Part shown: piece by piece, positions 27,479 through 37,418 of the stretch
How positions within the stretch are numbered: the stretch's first letter is position 1
Layout: the number at the start of each line of letters is the position of its first letter
DNA from: Planctomycetota bacterium
GTDB taxonomy: Bacteria; Planctomycetota; UBA8108; UBA1146
Length of the DNA stretch: 52,119 nucleotides
NCBI GenBank assembly: GCA_036338595.1
Contig: JAYZBV010000070.1
Coordinates: forward strand, 1-52,119
Direction: 5' to 3'
Notes under the pieces: model-generated
Told to the model about the DNA's origin: nothing
The model's database searches: none
Seen by the model: the letters and a program-made list of their open reading frames with translations, nothing else
Position numbers and translations under genes: made by a program

Positions 27479-30250
27479 TCAGGGACGCTGCAGCAGCAGG
27501 CGGTAGGGCTGCTCCACGACGGTCGCATCGGTCGTTCCTGAGACCCTGAGCAAGATCGATCCGTTCGGTCCCGTCTCCACGCCCTCGAGGAAGGGGTCGA
27601 AGTAGAAGGGAGCAGAGGCGCTCGAGGCAGCGAGGAGAGTCTCTCCGTCGCTCGAGTACCACTCCAGCAAGCCGGTCAGCAGCGAGCCATCTCGCCTCGC
27701 CAGCAGTTCGACCTGAAAGGGTCCGGCGGTCGGCGGAGTGATCAGGTACCAGTCGTCATCGGTCGATGAATCGATGGTCGCGACGATCAGGACCGGTTCT
27801 GCTTCGATCTGGGGTGCGGTCAGCGGCGAGTCGTTGGCGCCGGTCGTTTCATCTTCCAGCCAGATCAACGCAGCGTACTGATCGAAGATGAGCCTGCGAA
27901 TCAGACCATTGCCGTTGCCATCGTCTTCGAAGGGACGAAGCTGTAGGCGGATGAATTGTCCCGGCAGCGGTGGTGGATCGATTTGAAGGTGGATGACTGA
28001 TCCATCGATGTCGATCGCTGTATCTGAGGTCCGGTCGATGTCATCGATTTGGATTCTGATCGAAGATTCACTGGCTGCTGGAAGATCTCTGGTGAACGAG
28101 AGTGACCAGGTCCCCGAGATCGATGGCATCGATGGCGCTGGCGAAATGTGTCGTAGTTGCGCCTGGCCAGGAGGATCCGCCAGTGCAGGATCGGGACCGA
28201 CGAACTGGAGAGGATTTGCGCCCAGGGGGCCGAGGTCGTGCGGGGTCCCGTCGCTATCGAGGATCGCGGGGTCTGCAGCATCGATGAGTAAACTACCGGG
28301 CAGTGGTGTGCAATCCTCGAAGGGGATCTCACCTGTGGGCCAGAAGAAGACGGAAACCTGGTCGGAGGATCCAGCGACGCTCGAAGCGATCAGTGGTGGA
28401 TCTACAGTGATCATCGGTCCAGAACTCGAGGTGATGTCGCGGAGCGATCCGTCATCAGCAATCTCGACGGACAGGTTTTCAAGCTGAGAGGGTGGCTGCT
28501 GGAGCAGTAGCGTTCCTCCATCGAGAATCGTGGCTTGAGAATATCCAGCTGGACGACCGACCACATCGATCGAGCCTGAGATCAGGTGGTCGGGTGCATC
28601 GGCAGGAAGGGCCTCGCCCTCCAGAAGGCAATATTGTAGTGGTGCTAGATCTATCGGAGATCCGCCAGAACTGAGCAGGCTGTCCTGGATGGAGATCGAT
28701 CCGCGCAGAGTGCGGGACAAGCCGCCAGCATTTCCCTCTATCCAGCAATGCCACGCCGAGATGGACCCGAGCCCGTGGGTCGCCAGACCGGCACCGCCGT
28801 TTCCCAGGATGTTGCAGTGCTGGACCAGTGGCAGGGGGCCTGTGGAGATACCCGTGACGAGGATTCCATCGGTGCCATTTGCACTGATCTGGCAGCGAGA
28901 TATGCGCAATGCGGCATCGGAATCGCCATCGAGAAAGATGCCAGCCATCTGATTTCCTCGGATGCGGTTATCATCGATGCGAACCCTCACATCCATCCGG
29001 TCCGATTCGACATTATCCAGGTCGATGACGATGCCCTCGAGTCGATTCTCCTCGATGGAGCAGTGTCGAATTTTCACCCGAATTCTGGCTCCTACTTCAC
29101 TGACGGGGCCAGGGCCATCGATGGAAGCGATATCGAGGTCAATCCCTTCATCGCCATTACTCTTGATAACGCAACGGGTGATCTCGACTCGTGCATCGTA
29201 GTCGGTTCCAGCTCGGATCCACTGGCTCTCGATGCCTTCGTTGAGATTGTCGCGGATCTCGCAATCATCGATGCGGATCTCGGGGATTCCCTGGATGCGG
29301 ATCCCTTCACCGCTGCAGCCGGTGACGACGCAATCTGCGATATGAACGCGGATCTTCTCTCCCTCGAGGTAGTCGCTGCGAAGATCGATTCCCTGGGTTG
29401 TGGCACCACTCATGCGGCAGCGAGTGATCCTGGAATTGCAATCTTCGGCAAAGACGCAGGACTCTGCGATGTCATTTCCAGCCAGGCTGATCCCGTCGAT
29501 GCCGTTGAGCAGGTCTCCTGGCCGAAGGCTGACCAGGTCATTGGGAAACAGGATTCCAAACTGTGTCAGATTCTTGACGGGATCCCGCTGTTCCAGCTGA
29601 TAGTCCTCGAGAAATCCACCGAACACCATCATGCCGGGGAAGAGGAAGAGGTTCTCGGGGTAGAGTCCCTCTGCGACGTACAGATTCACTCCCTGTAGCG
29701 AGATGCTCGTCGCGACTGCCTGGGCCAGGGTGGGGAATGCGGTTTCAGGAGTCAGCCCGTCGGCGCCGGATGTATCGGCCCCTGATCGCACGTGACGGAT
29801 CGGATTCGGTGTTGCCACCCACTCATTCCTGTTGGGATCGACCTCTCCCGATGCGTCCAGAGCTCTGACAAGGAAGCGCAGCATTTCACCATTTGGCAAC
29901 CCCTCGACGGTGAGGTTGGTGGCTCCCTCTGCGATGAAATCGGGAGAATCCAGATCGATGGGGATCGAGTCAGGTGAGATGAAGATCAGATACTCGATCT
30001 GCTCGGCAGGGGTCTCGTCATCGGAAGCGTGTGCCCAGCCGATGCGTACCATTCCATCGCCTGCTACCAGATCGGTGATCCCACCGAATCGTGGGTGGCT
30101 GACCTGTGCGAGACCATCCGATCCGAGTCCGCCGCCGTCCGGGACGGAACCCACATCCACGACCGGTGCAGTCGGAGGGGTGAAGCGATCACAACTCGTG
30201 AGCGCCAGCAGCGCCACGATGATAAAGGACATACTCGGCAAGAAGCGCAT
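27479..30250 (-). CDS. Lipoprotein with FN3-like domain, right-handed beta-helix repeats and C-terminal PPC-like domain
   Basis: Lipobox LALTS-C. FN3-like segment GDGMVRIGW...LTVEGLPNG...FLVRA. Many I..C.I..N..EGI beta-helix turns. C-terminal DDDWY...GPFQVEL module. Confidence 0.7.
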   Translation of the reverse strand: MRFLPSMSFIIVALLALTSCDRFTPPTAPVVDVGSVPDGGGLGSDGLAQVSHPRFGGITDLVAGDGMVRIGWAHASDDETPAEQIEYLIFISPDSIPIDLDSPDFIAEGATNLTVEGLPNGEMLRFLVRALDASGEVDPNRNEWVATPNPIRHVRSGADTSGADGLTPETAFPTLAQAVATSISLQGVNLYVAEGLYPENLFLFPGMMVFGGFLEDYQLEQRDPVKNLTQFGILFPNDLVSLRPGDLLNGIDGISLAGNDIAESCVFAEDCNSRITRCRMSGATTQGIDLRSDYLEGEKIRVHIADCVVTGCSGEGIRIQGIPEIRIDDCEIRDNLNEGIESQWIRAGTDYDARVEITRCVIKSNGDEGIDLDIASIDGPGPVSEVGARIRVKIRHCSIEENRLEGIVIDLDNVESDRMDVRVRIDDNRIRGNQMAGIFLDGDSDAALRISRCQISANGTDGILVTGISTGPLPLVQHCNILGNGGAGLATHGLGSISAWHCWIEGNAGGLSRTLRGSISIQDSLLSSGGSPIDLAPLQYCLLEGEALPADAPDHLISGSIDVVGRPAGYSQATILDGGTLLLQQPPSQLENLSVEIADDGSLRDITSSSGPMITVDPPLIASSVAGSSDQVSVFFWPTGEIPFEDCTPLPGSLLIDAADPAILDSDGTPHDLGPLGANPLQFVGPDPALADPPGQAQLRHISPAPSMPSISGTWSLSFTRDLPAASESSIRIQIDDIDRTSDTAIDIDGSVIHLQIDPPPLPGQFIRLQLRPFEDDGNGNGLIRRLIFDQYAALIWLEDETTGANDSPLTAPQIEAEPVLIVATIDSSTDDDWYLITPPTAGPFQVELLARRDGSLLTGLLEWYSSDGETLLAASSASAPFYFDPFLEGVETGPNGSILLRVSGTTDATVVEQPYRLLLQRP

Positions 30251-30251
30251 C

Positions 30252-32060
30252 TCAGAAGTTGTACTCCAACTGTATCGATGTAAACCAGGCAGGATCCGCC
30301 GTGGTCACGAATGCTGAGCCGGGCTGGAAATAACCGATCTCGAGATCGAGATCGTAATCATCCCACAACTCGGTGAGGCCGAGGACCAGATCCAGTTCCG
30401 TCCCCAGTTCTCGGTGAAGGCCTTCAGGAGAGATCCTGATTCGGGACCGTCGGATCTCGGTAGAAGCCTCTACCTGATTGTAACTGTGGAGTATCAAATC
30501 GATGGAAGAGTCCCGTGTAGGGCGCAGTCCAGCGCCGATTGTCAGGACCGACAGGTTCGAGAGTTCTGGCCTCATCAGGACTCCGAGATAGCGATAGGAA
30601 GAGACCCCGAAGTAGCGCCCGTTGTTGTCCTGGTAACCTGTTTGACGGAAGTTCTCATCGGTTCCGTCGTTGGGGTCACTGTCACCCGATCCCCATGCCC
30701 AACCACCAAAGAGATAGGGCTGCATCGGCAGCGAATCAAACTGCCTGGCGATGGTGGTATCGATGCCAAATGCGGAAATTTTGTCGTACCCGCTGATGCC
30801 ATTGACATAGGCTCCGTCGACCCACCAGCGCAGGTTCCCATCCATCTTGCGCCCGTGAGACTGAAACCCGATGAAGAAGGGCGATTCATTGAGCAGGGCG
30901 TTCGGGTCTGAAAAATCGATGCCGGGGCGATCCTGTACGATGTCGATGATGTAGATGGATGCATGTGTGCGGCTTTCGGGGCGCCATGTGCCGATCAACA
31001 TCCGATTCTGTCGGTATTCGAGTTCAATCGGAGGCGCGCCGAGCAGTGTCGACCAGGATGTTTCTATCGAGTAGGGGCCATCCTCCCACTCCAGCCGTAC
31101 CGCGTCGAGGGAGGCGTCGTAGAACCACTCCCTTCCCTCATCAAAATCCATTCGTCCGATCTGGAATGAGATGGGCTGGCCAAGATGGTTTCCTTGCTGG
31201 AAGTAGTAGGCCTCCTCCAGAGCCAGGTCCTGGTCTGGAGCGACATCCAGTTCGTCCTCCTCGACGATGTTGGTCGACTTCCAGCGGCCCTTTGCGAACA
31301 GGAACCGATGCCGGTCCTCGTTCCAGGTGGCCTCGATACTGGCACTCAATTTGTGATCCACTCGATCCCCGGGCAGGTTTTCCTCCAGATCGTGGTTGGT
31401 TCTGGTGTCATTTGTGAACTTGATTCTTCCACCGAGGGAAAGGCGGCCATCGAGGTACCGGATGGAACCGATGGGCCGCTCGTCGTCCCACTGGATCCGA
31501 CGCTGTGCTGACTTTCGGAAGATTTCGCCGGGGATCTCGGTCGTTGGGCCGATGCGGCAGCGAATGCCGTGGACCGTCAGCAAGGGGACGCCGTCCTCGT
31601 CCCGTTCCTCCGCCTCGACATATCCTTCCAGTTCCAGTATTCCGAACTTGGCCCTGTCGGGAGAAGTGTTGACCTCTATCTCCTTGGCCAGAAACGTCCG
31701 CTCGGCAGAAAACGCACCCTCGATCTCGACGCGCCAACCTGGTTTCAGATCGCCCAACTCGTGAGATTTCTCATTATCTTCAGAGTCATCGAAGTCGGTC
31801 TCGGGGTCGATCAGAATGGTGAATGGCCCCAGGTTGAAGGTTCCGGATTGTTCATCAATGGAGCCCACGAAGCCTTTGATCTCGAGAAACTCATCGGGTT
31901 CTTCCCGGACCAACTTCACAGCTTCCAGATACTCCCCGTCCCAGCGCCCATCGATTTCGACGCGCGTACCGATGGGGAAATCACCGATGGTCGGCTCATT
32001 CGTGGTGGCCATGGACGGCATCACAAACAGCAGCAGTAGCGTTGGGATGAAAGATCTCAT
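30252..32060 (-). CDS. Alginate-export (AlgE-like) outer-membrane beta-barrel with N-terminal DUF5666-like repeats
   Basis: Signal peptide. Repeated G.RVEI.G / LEIKG.V OB-like units. Barrel motifs FRQTGYQDN and RPELSNL....G.G. C-terminal aromatic residue (..LEYNF). ATG at 32060 overlaps the upstream stop. Confidence 0.75.
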   Translation of the reverse strand: MRSFIPTLLLLFVMPSMATTNEPTIGDFPIGTRVEIDGRWDGEYLEAVKLVREEPDEFLEIKGFVGSIDEQSGTFNLGPFTILIDPETDFDDSEDNEKSHELGDLKPGWRVEIEGAFSAERTFLAKEIEVNTSPDRAKFGILELEGYVEAEERDEDGVPLLTVHGIRCRIGPTTEIPGEIFRKSAQRRIQWDDERPIGSIRYLDGRLSLGGRIKFTNDTRTNHDLEENLPGDRVDHKLSASIEATWNEDRHRFLFAKGRWKSTNIVEEDELDVAPDQDLALEEAYYFQQGNHLGQPISFQIGRMDFDEGREWFYDASLDAVRLEWEDGPYSIETSWSTLLGAPPIELEYRQNRMLIGTWRPESRTHASIYIIDIVQDRPGIDFSDPNALLNESPFFIGFQSHGRKMDGNLRWWVDGAYVNGISGYDKISAFGIDTTIARQFDSLPMQPYLFGGWAWGSGDSDPNDGTDENFRQTGYQDNNGRYFGVSSYRYLGVLMRPELSNLSVLTIGAGLRPTRDSSIDLILHSYNQVEASTEIRRSRIRISPEGLHRELGTELDLVLGLTELWDDYDLDLEIGYFQPGSAFVTTADPAWFTSIQLEYNF

Positions 32061-33145
32061 TCGAGTACTCCTTCCCATTCACCTCTGGATTCATGCAATT
32101 GTTTCAGGCTCTTGAAAAGCGCATTGATGAAACCATCGTATCGAGCCCTGCGGCTATAGATCAGAGCCAGCCGGCATAAGGTTGCGCCTGTCCAGGCTTG
32201 CAGGTGTGCCGGTGAGATTCCTCGTATTCTGGTATCTGCAGCGATGCTGCTGGCAACCTCTTTCCACGGAACCGGTAGGCCTTGTAGTGCCCGGAGTCGG
32301 CAGTGAGCAATGATGTTGCCCGAGTCCAGTGCCGGGTCGGCTCGGGCGAGCAGATCCAGATCGATGAGAGAGGTACCAGATGCCGAGACGATCATCTGCT
32401 TATCGTGTAGGTCTCGATGAGCGAGTGACATCTCGACCTCGTCGAGATCCAATAAACGCTCGATGGCGCTCGTCACGAGCGGTTCGGCCTCGGTATGAGG
32501 TCTCTTGAGAATACGCTGAAATACTTCCAGCCGTGTTCTGAGGATCGAGATTTCATCCGCCACCTGGTGACAAGGTAGGCTTTCAGGAGCGGGGCTGCTA
32601 CCGAGCCAGGTCAGAGCATCTCGGAGCACTTCCAGGTGTACCGGCATCCAGACTCCAGTAGTCCACAGGTGGTGCAGACTGAACCCCGGTCGCTCTTCGG
32701 TGACGAGAACCTTTTCTTCTTCATTCCAGTCGATGATCTCAGGCACCGCAGGATGGTTTCCGGGTGACTGGCCAGACAGGTGTTTCCATCGTTCCAGCAG
32801 CTGGCGGTCCTTGCGGAAGATTTTTGCATAGTAGCTGATGTGATTGCGGCGCAATTTGAAGATCGCACGACTCCCGACACGCCATGCCTGAAGCTGGACA
32901 GAATATCCAGAAGAGATCCACCGTGCGCAAGCCGATGCCATCACCGGAAGCCTCTTGTCGCTCATGGCGTCCAGCTTTGTCCGTGTTCCCTTCTCATCGA
33001 GGTGATGCCAGTCCACGACCGGATCGGCCTTATTTCCTTCGAGGCAGTACCACCCACCCGAGCGTGCTTCTTCGACCCGGAGCCAGTTGGTCTCGGGGTC
33101 GAGGTGGTCTGCCAGTGGAGCGATCAATTTGGAAGTCCAAGTCAT
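32057..33145 (-). CDS. APH/choline-kinase-like phosphotransferase
   Basis: YAK lysine strand, catalytic loop HRDLHDKQ and LIDLD metal-binding motif. Confidence 0.8.
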   Translation of the reverse strand: MTWTSKLIAPLADHLDPETNWLRVEEARSGGWYCLEGNKADPVVDWHHLDEKGTRTKLDAMSDKRLPVMASACARWISSGYSVQLQAWRVGSRAIFKLRRNHISYYAKIFRKDRQLLERWKHLSGQSPGNHPAVPEIIDWNEEEKVLVTEERPGFSLHHLWTTGVWMPVHLEVLRDALTWLGSSPAPESLPCHQVADEISILRTRLEVFQRILKRPHTEAEPLVTSAIERLLDLDEVEMSLAHRDLHDKQMIVSASGTSLIDLDLLARADPALDSGNIIAHCRLRALQGLPVPWKEVASSIAADTRIRGISPAHLQAWTGATLCRLALIYSRRARYDGFINALFKSLKQLHESRGEWEGVLE

Positions 33146-34464
33146 TTCTCACCTCCTGCAAGCAGTCGATGGCACTCTGATAGCGAGGCTTGTAGTTGAT
33201 CTTGCCAGTCCATCTCCAGGTTTCTTAGCGGTTCGGATGCGCGGCGGAGAATCGCCAGAACCCTACCGATGACGATGTGCTGTGGCAGAAGTTGGCGGTC
33301 GCTCTGCTGCTGATAGCCTTCCACGAAAGAAACAGAAGCAGCCTCATCGACTCCCCGGATGCGAAGATCTTCCAGCAAAGAGCCGATGTCGAGACAGGCA
33401 TAGCCGCGTCCAGCCCGGTCAAAGTCGACGATGATCGGCATGCCCTTATTGATCAGGAACTGATCGAGATGGAGATCGCCGTGTAGCAGTGAAGAGGGCA
33501 ATGAGGAGAGGATGGGGATCTGTCCCAGTAGTTCATCGGTGATGGATTGGATGTCACTCCCACACCCCGGAATCAGGCGAGTCAGGTCAGCGGCGAGAAT
33601 ATTGACCTCATCGAGCATCAACTGAGGTGGTACATGAGAGTTGATCTCCAGAGGTAGTGAGTGAAACTCGGCGACTGCAGTCCCGAGTGTTCGCAGTACA
33701 TCGGTGAGGTTCTCACCGGAGGTGAAGATCGACTTTCCGTCACACCATTCGTGGGCGAAGAGCGATCCATTGGAGGCAGCACCGAGAAACTGTGGAGTCT
33801 GAAAATTCTTACAATCTGTGGTGGCTGAGGAGATCTGCTGCGCCTGTTTGATGGACATCTGCGCAGTTGCTTTCTTCTCGACCTTGAGGTGCAGGCGAAT
33901 CCTGATCTTCTGGTCTTCAGTGAGATGTCTGAACTTCAGTTTTGCGCGCAGCACAGCCCGCCTACCCGGCTTGTATGCGAGCAGTCGGAATTTTGTCAGG
34001 CTTCTCTGAAGTCTCCATTGATCACTTGATCGGTCTTGTACCAGTTCCAGAGCGAGTCGACGGAAGCGATCCGGCTCGTAGATCCGTCTGAGCTCGGGTA
34101 TTTCAGGATCATTGGGAAATGGCAATCCGACGACACCCGACTCTTCATCGAGGAATGGCTTGAACCCATCCGGGGATGGGAGTGGACGTCTGGTTTTTTC
34201 CTTCTCGAAGGCCAGCGATGCTCGTTCGCGGTCATCGAAGATTCGTAACAGGATACCCTGCGGAGGCGTGTCGGCGGACTCCCGCGGATCGCCCATCAAG
34301 AATACCCGGCATGCTCCAGGCTTCAGTCGCAGGTACTGGATGCTCTGGCGCGGGTCATCGAGCCCAAACACCTTCCCCTCGGCGACAAGCCGATCCCAGA
34401 GTTCTCCATCGATCAGTTTCGAAAAACCGAATGGCGTATCGGGTGGCAGGGGGAACTCTGTCAT
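33142..34464 (-). CDS. APH/choline-kinase-like phosphotransferase
   Basis: Motifs YKPGRRA, HGDLHLDQF, IVDFD and DIGS. Confidence 0.8.
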   Translation of the reverse strand: MTEFPLPPDTPFGFSKLIDGELWDRLVAEGKVFGLDDPRQSIQYLRLKPGACRVFLMGDPRESADTPPQGILLRIFDDRERASLAFEKEKTRRPLPSPDGFKPFLDEESGVVGLPFPNDPEIPELRRIYEPDRFRRLALELVQDRSSDQWRLQRSLTKFRLLAYKPGRRAVLRAKLKFRHLTEDQKIRIRLHLKVEKKATAQMSIKQAQQISSATTDCKNFQTPQFLGAASNGSLFAHEWCDGKSIFTSGENLTDVLRTLGTAVAEFHSLPLEINSHVPPQLMLDEVNILAADLTRLIPGCGSDIQSITDELLGQIPILSSLPSSLLHGDLHLDQFLINKGMPIIVDFDRAGRGYACLDIGSLLEDLRIRGVDEAASVSFVEGYQQQSDRQLLPQHIVIGRVLAILRRASEPLRNLEMDWQDQLQASLSECHRLLAGGEK

Positions 34465-36260
34465 CGTATCCCTCCTGTGTCCGTTGGCCCTGTCTGTCCA
34501 ACGATGGACCCGCCTTCCATCACGACCTTTCGGTCAAAAGTATCCGCAAGCAACTCGTCGTGGGTGATCAGGATCAGAGTCTTGTTTTTCAAGAGTCTGG
34601 GAAGGAGTTCTCTCAGATCAGCACTTGTTTCTGGGTCTATTCCCGTCGTCGGTTCATCCAGGATGACTATCGGGGTGTCGCGGAGAAATGCGCTGCCGAG
34701 GGCGAGCCGCCGTCGCTCGCCTCCGGAGAGATCGCTTCCACCTTCGGCGAGGATGCGATCGAGTTTGTCGGGGTGCTGGAGAAGGAATTGGCAGCCGGAG
34801 TCGTTCAGCGCAGCGATCATCTGCGCCTCGGTTGCATCGGGGTTATGAAATAACAGGTTGTCTCGAACAGACCCTGAAAGCACCAGGCTGTCCTGCAGGA
34901 CCACCGAAATCTGATCCCGGATGCTACGGATTGTCCAGTCGGTGATGGCATGATCATCGATCAGGATCCTTCCCTGGCCTGGTTCGTATAGCCTCAGCAG
35001 CAGATTGCAGAGAGTGCTCTTGCCCGCTCCGTTGTGTCCCACGATCACGAGGTGCTGTCCCTGAGGAATCTGCAACTGGATTCCCTTCAGCGCCGCGGGG
35101 GGATTCTCGAGTTGTTGTGGATCGGAGCCGGATAGGTAATCGAAATGCACATCCTGGAATTCAATCTTGCCTTTCAGAGGCGGGGCAGCGACAGATCCGG
35201 GAAGATCCTTCTCTTCCGGTTCCACCTCCAGAACCTCTGCAATCCTGACTGCGCAGGCGGACGCCTTGCCGATCTTTCCCGCCAGTCGAGAGGCTCGCCT
35301 GAGAGGTTTCTGGAGAGATCTGACATAGGAGATGAAGACCAGCAGGATCCCAGGTGTCATGCCAGAACTTTGATGCACTCGCCACGCACCTGCGAGCAAC
35401 ACCACTGAAAGGCCTCCCGCGAAGATCAACTCTGTCCATCGAGAAAGCGAGGCTTGAAGGCGGGTGGCCCGAACCCCTTGTCTCAGAGAAGATCGGTTTT
35501 TTCGAGCAAAGCGACGAGTCATCTCTTCTTCTCGCCCGAGGGATTTGACCAGCTGAAGCGCAGTCAGGCCTTCTCCCGTGGTGAAGGCGATTTCTCCTTC
35601 GAACTCTCGTTGCTTCTTGGCGACCTTGGTGATTCGCCGACCGAAGAATCGTGCCAGCGTAGAGACACTGATGAGCACCACCAGCGAGATCACCGCCAGC
35701 TCGGGGTCGATCCAGAACATCAGGGAGAGAGTGGCGATGGCCTGGATGGCTCGACCAGAAATGTCGACCAGCTCTGTTGAGAGAACATCTCTCAACATCG
35801 GAACATCCCCGGTGATTCTCACCAGGAGATCACCCAGTTTCTGGTCCCTATGAAATCGAAGCGACAGATGCAGAAGCTGGGAATAAAATCGCTTCCTCAG
35901 TTTCATCACCATGCGCTGGCCCGCCATGGCGCTGGTCACGGTGCGGAAGTATCCAAAGATACCCTGACCGGTGGCGATCAGCAGGACTGCTGCACTGACG
36001 ATGCCGAGAAAGGCCATAGGTTGCTGCTGTGGCCAACCCGGAGGAACGAACAGGATGGAGGCGCCTTCTTGAGGGATGAGAAGACCGTCGAATACATATC
36101 TGACCGGCCACGGAGCGAGCAGAGCAAACAGAATCTCCACGAGCAGAGCACCGCCTGATAGTGCCAGTAACGGCGACTGGGTTCGGATCAGATCACCGTG
36201 TTTTCCGGTGATGGTGGTCCAGTCCTGCAGTCCCTTCCTCAGTGCTGTGGTTGGCTTCAC
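34461..36260 (-). CDS. ABC exporter, fused permease/ATPase (MsbA-like)
   Basis: N-terminal TM domain, Walker A GHNGAGKS, signature LSGGE, Walker B ILDEP and H-loop ITHD. The GTG start overlaps the upstream stop. Confidence 0.92.
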   Translation of the reverse strand: MKPTTALRKGLQDWTTITGKHGDLIRTQSPLLALSGGALLVEILFALLAPWPVRYVFDGLLIPQEGASILFVPPGWPQQQPMAFLGIVSAAVLLIATGQGIFGYFRTVTSAMAGQRMVMKLRKRFYSQLLHLSLRFHRDQKLGDLLVRITGDVPMLRDVLSTELVDISGRAIQAIATLSLMFWIDPELAVISLVVLISVSTLARFFGRRITKVAKKQREFEGEIAFTTGEGLTALQLVKSLGREEEMTRRFARKNRSSLRQGVRATRLQASLSRWTELIFAGGLSVVLLAGAWRVHQSSGMTPGILLVFISYVRSLQKPLRRASRLAGKIGKASACAVRIAEVLEVEPEEKDLPGSVAAPPLKGKIEFQDVHFDYLSGSDPQQLENPPAALKGIQLQIPQGQHLVIVGHNGAGKSTLCNLLLRLYEPGQGRILIDDHAITDWTIRSIRDQISVVLQDSLVLSGSVRDNLLFHNPDATEAQMIAALNDSGCQFLLQHPDKLDRILAEGGSDLSGGERRRLALGSAFLRDTPIVILDEPTTGIDPETSADLRELLPRLLKNKTLILITHDELLADTFDRKVVMEGGSIVGQTGPTDTGGIR

Positions 36261-37408
36261 CGCACAGCCTCCACAAGATCAAGGATCTCCCTCGCACGTA
36301 TTTTCCAGGTCGCGTTCTTCAGAACCCAGCGACGAGCACAATCTCCAGTTTCCTTCGCAGCCTCGGGGTCGTTGAGAAAAGAGTGGATGCTGTTGGACAT
36401 TGCATGAAAGTCTCCGACCGGCACCAGTTGGCCGCGCCCTGCAGCAAGTAGTTTGCTGATCTGTCCGACATCCGATCCCACCACAGGGAGACCGCAGCCG
36501 AAATACTCGAAGATCTTCAACGGGGAGAACCAGAACTCCTCCAGTTCCGGATAGGGTGCGACGGCTACATCGCAACTGGCCAGCCAATCGCCAACATCTT
36601 CGTGGTTGAGTCTGCCGGGGGCATGGATCCTGTCGATGAGTTCGAGCCGCTCGGCGTGCTTCAGGAAGTCTCCCCTCGCCGGTCCATCTCCGACACAGAC
36701 AAGATGAGCAGGCGAATTCAGATCCTCGACCAGGATGCGAAATGCCTCCAGCAAATCCTCGATACCATGCCAAGGTCTGAAGGTACTCGTGAACCCGATC
36801 AATGGCGTCCCCGGTGGAGGAAGGGCAGGCGGACGATTCTTTGCAGAGGGTTGAAACTTCTGCTCATCGACGCCATTCGGGATCACCTTCACTCCCCTGG
36901 AATGGAGGCGTTCCGAGATCACCCAGCTGGCGACCTCATCGGAGACACATACGATTCCGTCGGCCTCACGCATCAGCAATCTGGAAATACCATCGGCGAG
37001 GTCCTCGTTGGCAAGCCTGCGAAATTGTCTGGTTTCCAGAGGAAGCGGACTGTTCACCTCCAGGATGAACGGAACCCCCAACTTTCTCGCCAGGTACACC
37101 CCACCTGGATGCCACAAACTGTAGCGCTCGTAGATGAAGTCGGGGACTCCAGAGACCTGATCCACCCTGGAAAGAAACAGGCGGTTCTCCCTGTCCTCGA
37201 GAGATTTGTGTTTACGGCGAGGGGGAAGGTCGATCGCCATGAGTGCATTGCCATGCAGAGCATCCGATTTGGCACGAACGGTGTGTATTTCGCCTTTGAG
37301 GCCATGCCCGTTGAATGCATTGCAGAGGGAAGCGACATGTACAGATGCGCCCTTGGTTCCCGGAAGAGGGATTCCCGGGTCAGCACAGATGTAGCAGAAG
37401 CGTTGCAT
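36257..37408 (-). CDS. Glycosyltransferase family 4
   Basis: Motifs ADPGIP..GTKGASVH, IYERYSL, LEVNSP, PNGVD, FRPWHG and SPLKIFEY. The real start is probably ATG at 37408 (the track extends it to 37717). Confidence 0.9.
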   Translation of the reverse strand: MQRFCYICADPGIPLPGTKGASVHVASLCNAFNGHGLKGEIHTVRAKSDALHGNALMAIDLPPRRKHKSLEDRENRLFLSRVDQVSGVPDFIYERYSLWHPGGVYLARKLGVPFILEVNSPLPLETRQFRRLANEDLADGISRLLMREADGIVCVSDEVASWVISERLHSRGVKVIPNGVDEQKFQPSAKNRPPALPPPGTPLIGFTSTFRPWHGIEDLLEAFRILVEDLNSPAHLVCVGDGPARGDFLKHAERLELIDRIHAPGRLNHEDVGDWLASCDVAVAPYPELEEFWFSPLKIFEYFGCGLPVVGSDVGQISKLLAAGRGQLVPVGDFHAMSNSIHSFLNDPEAAKETGDCARRWVLKNATWKIRAREILDLVEAVR

Positions 37409-37418
37409 CAATCTGGCC

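Noticed and set aside
27340..27528. Small ORF in the gap upstream of pfaD
   Set aside because: It overlaps the upstream gene's end and has no RBS or recognisable motif.
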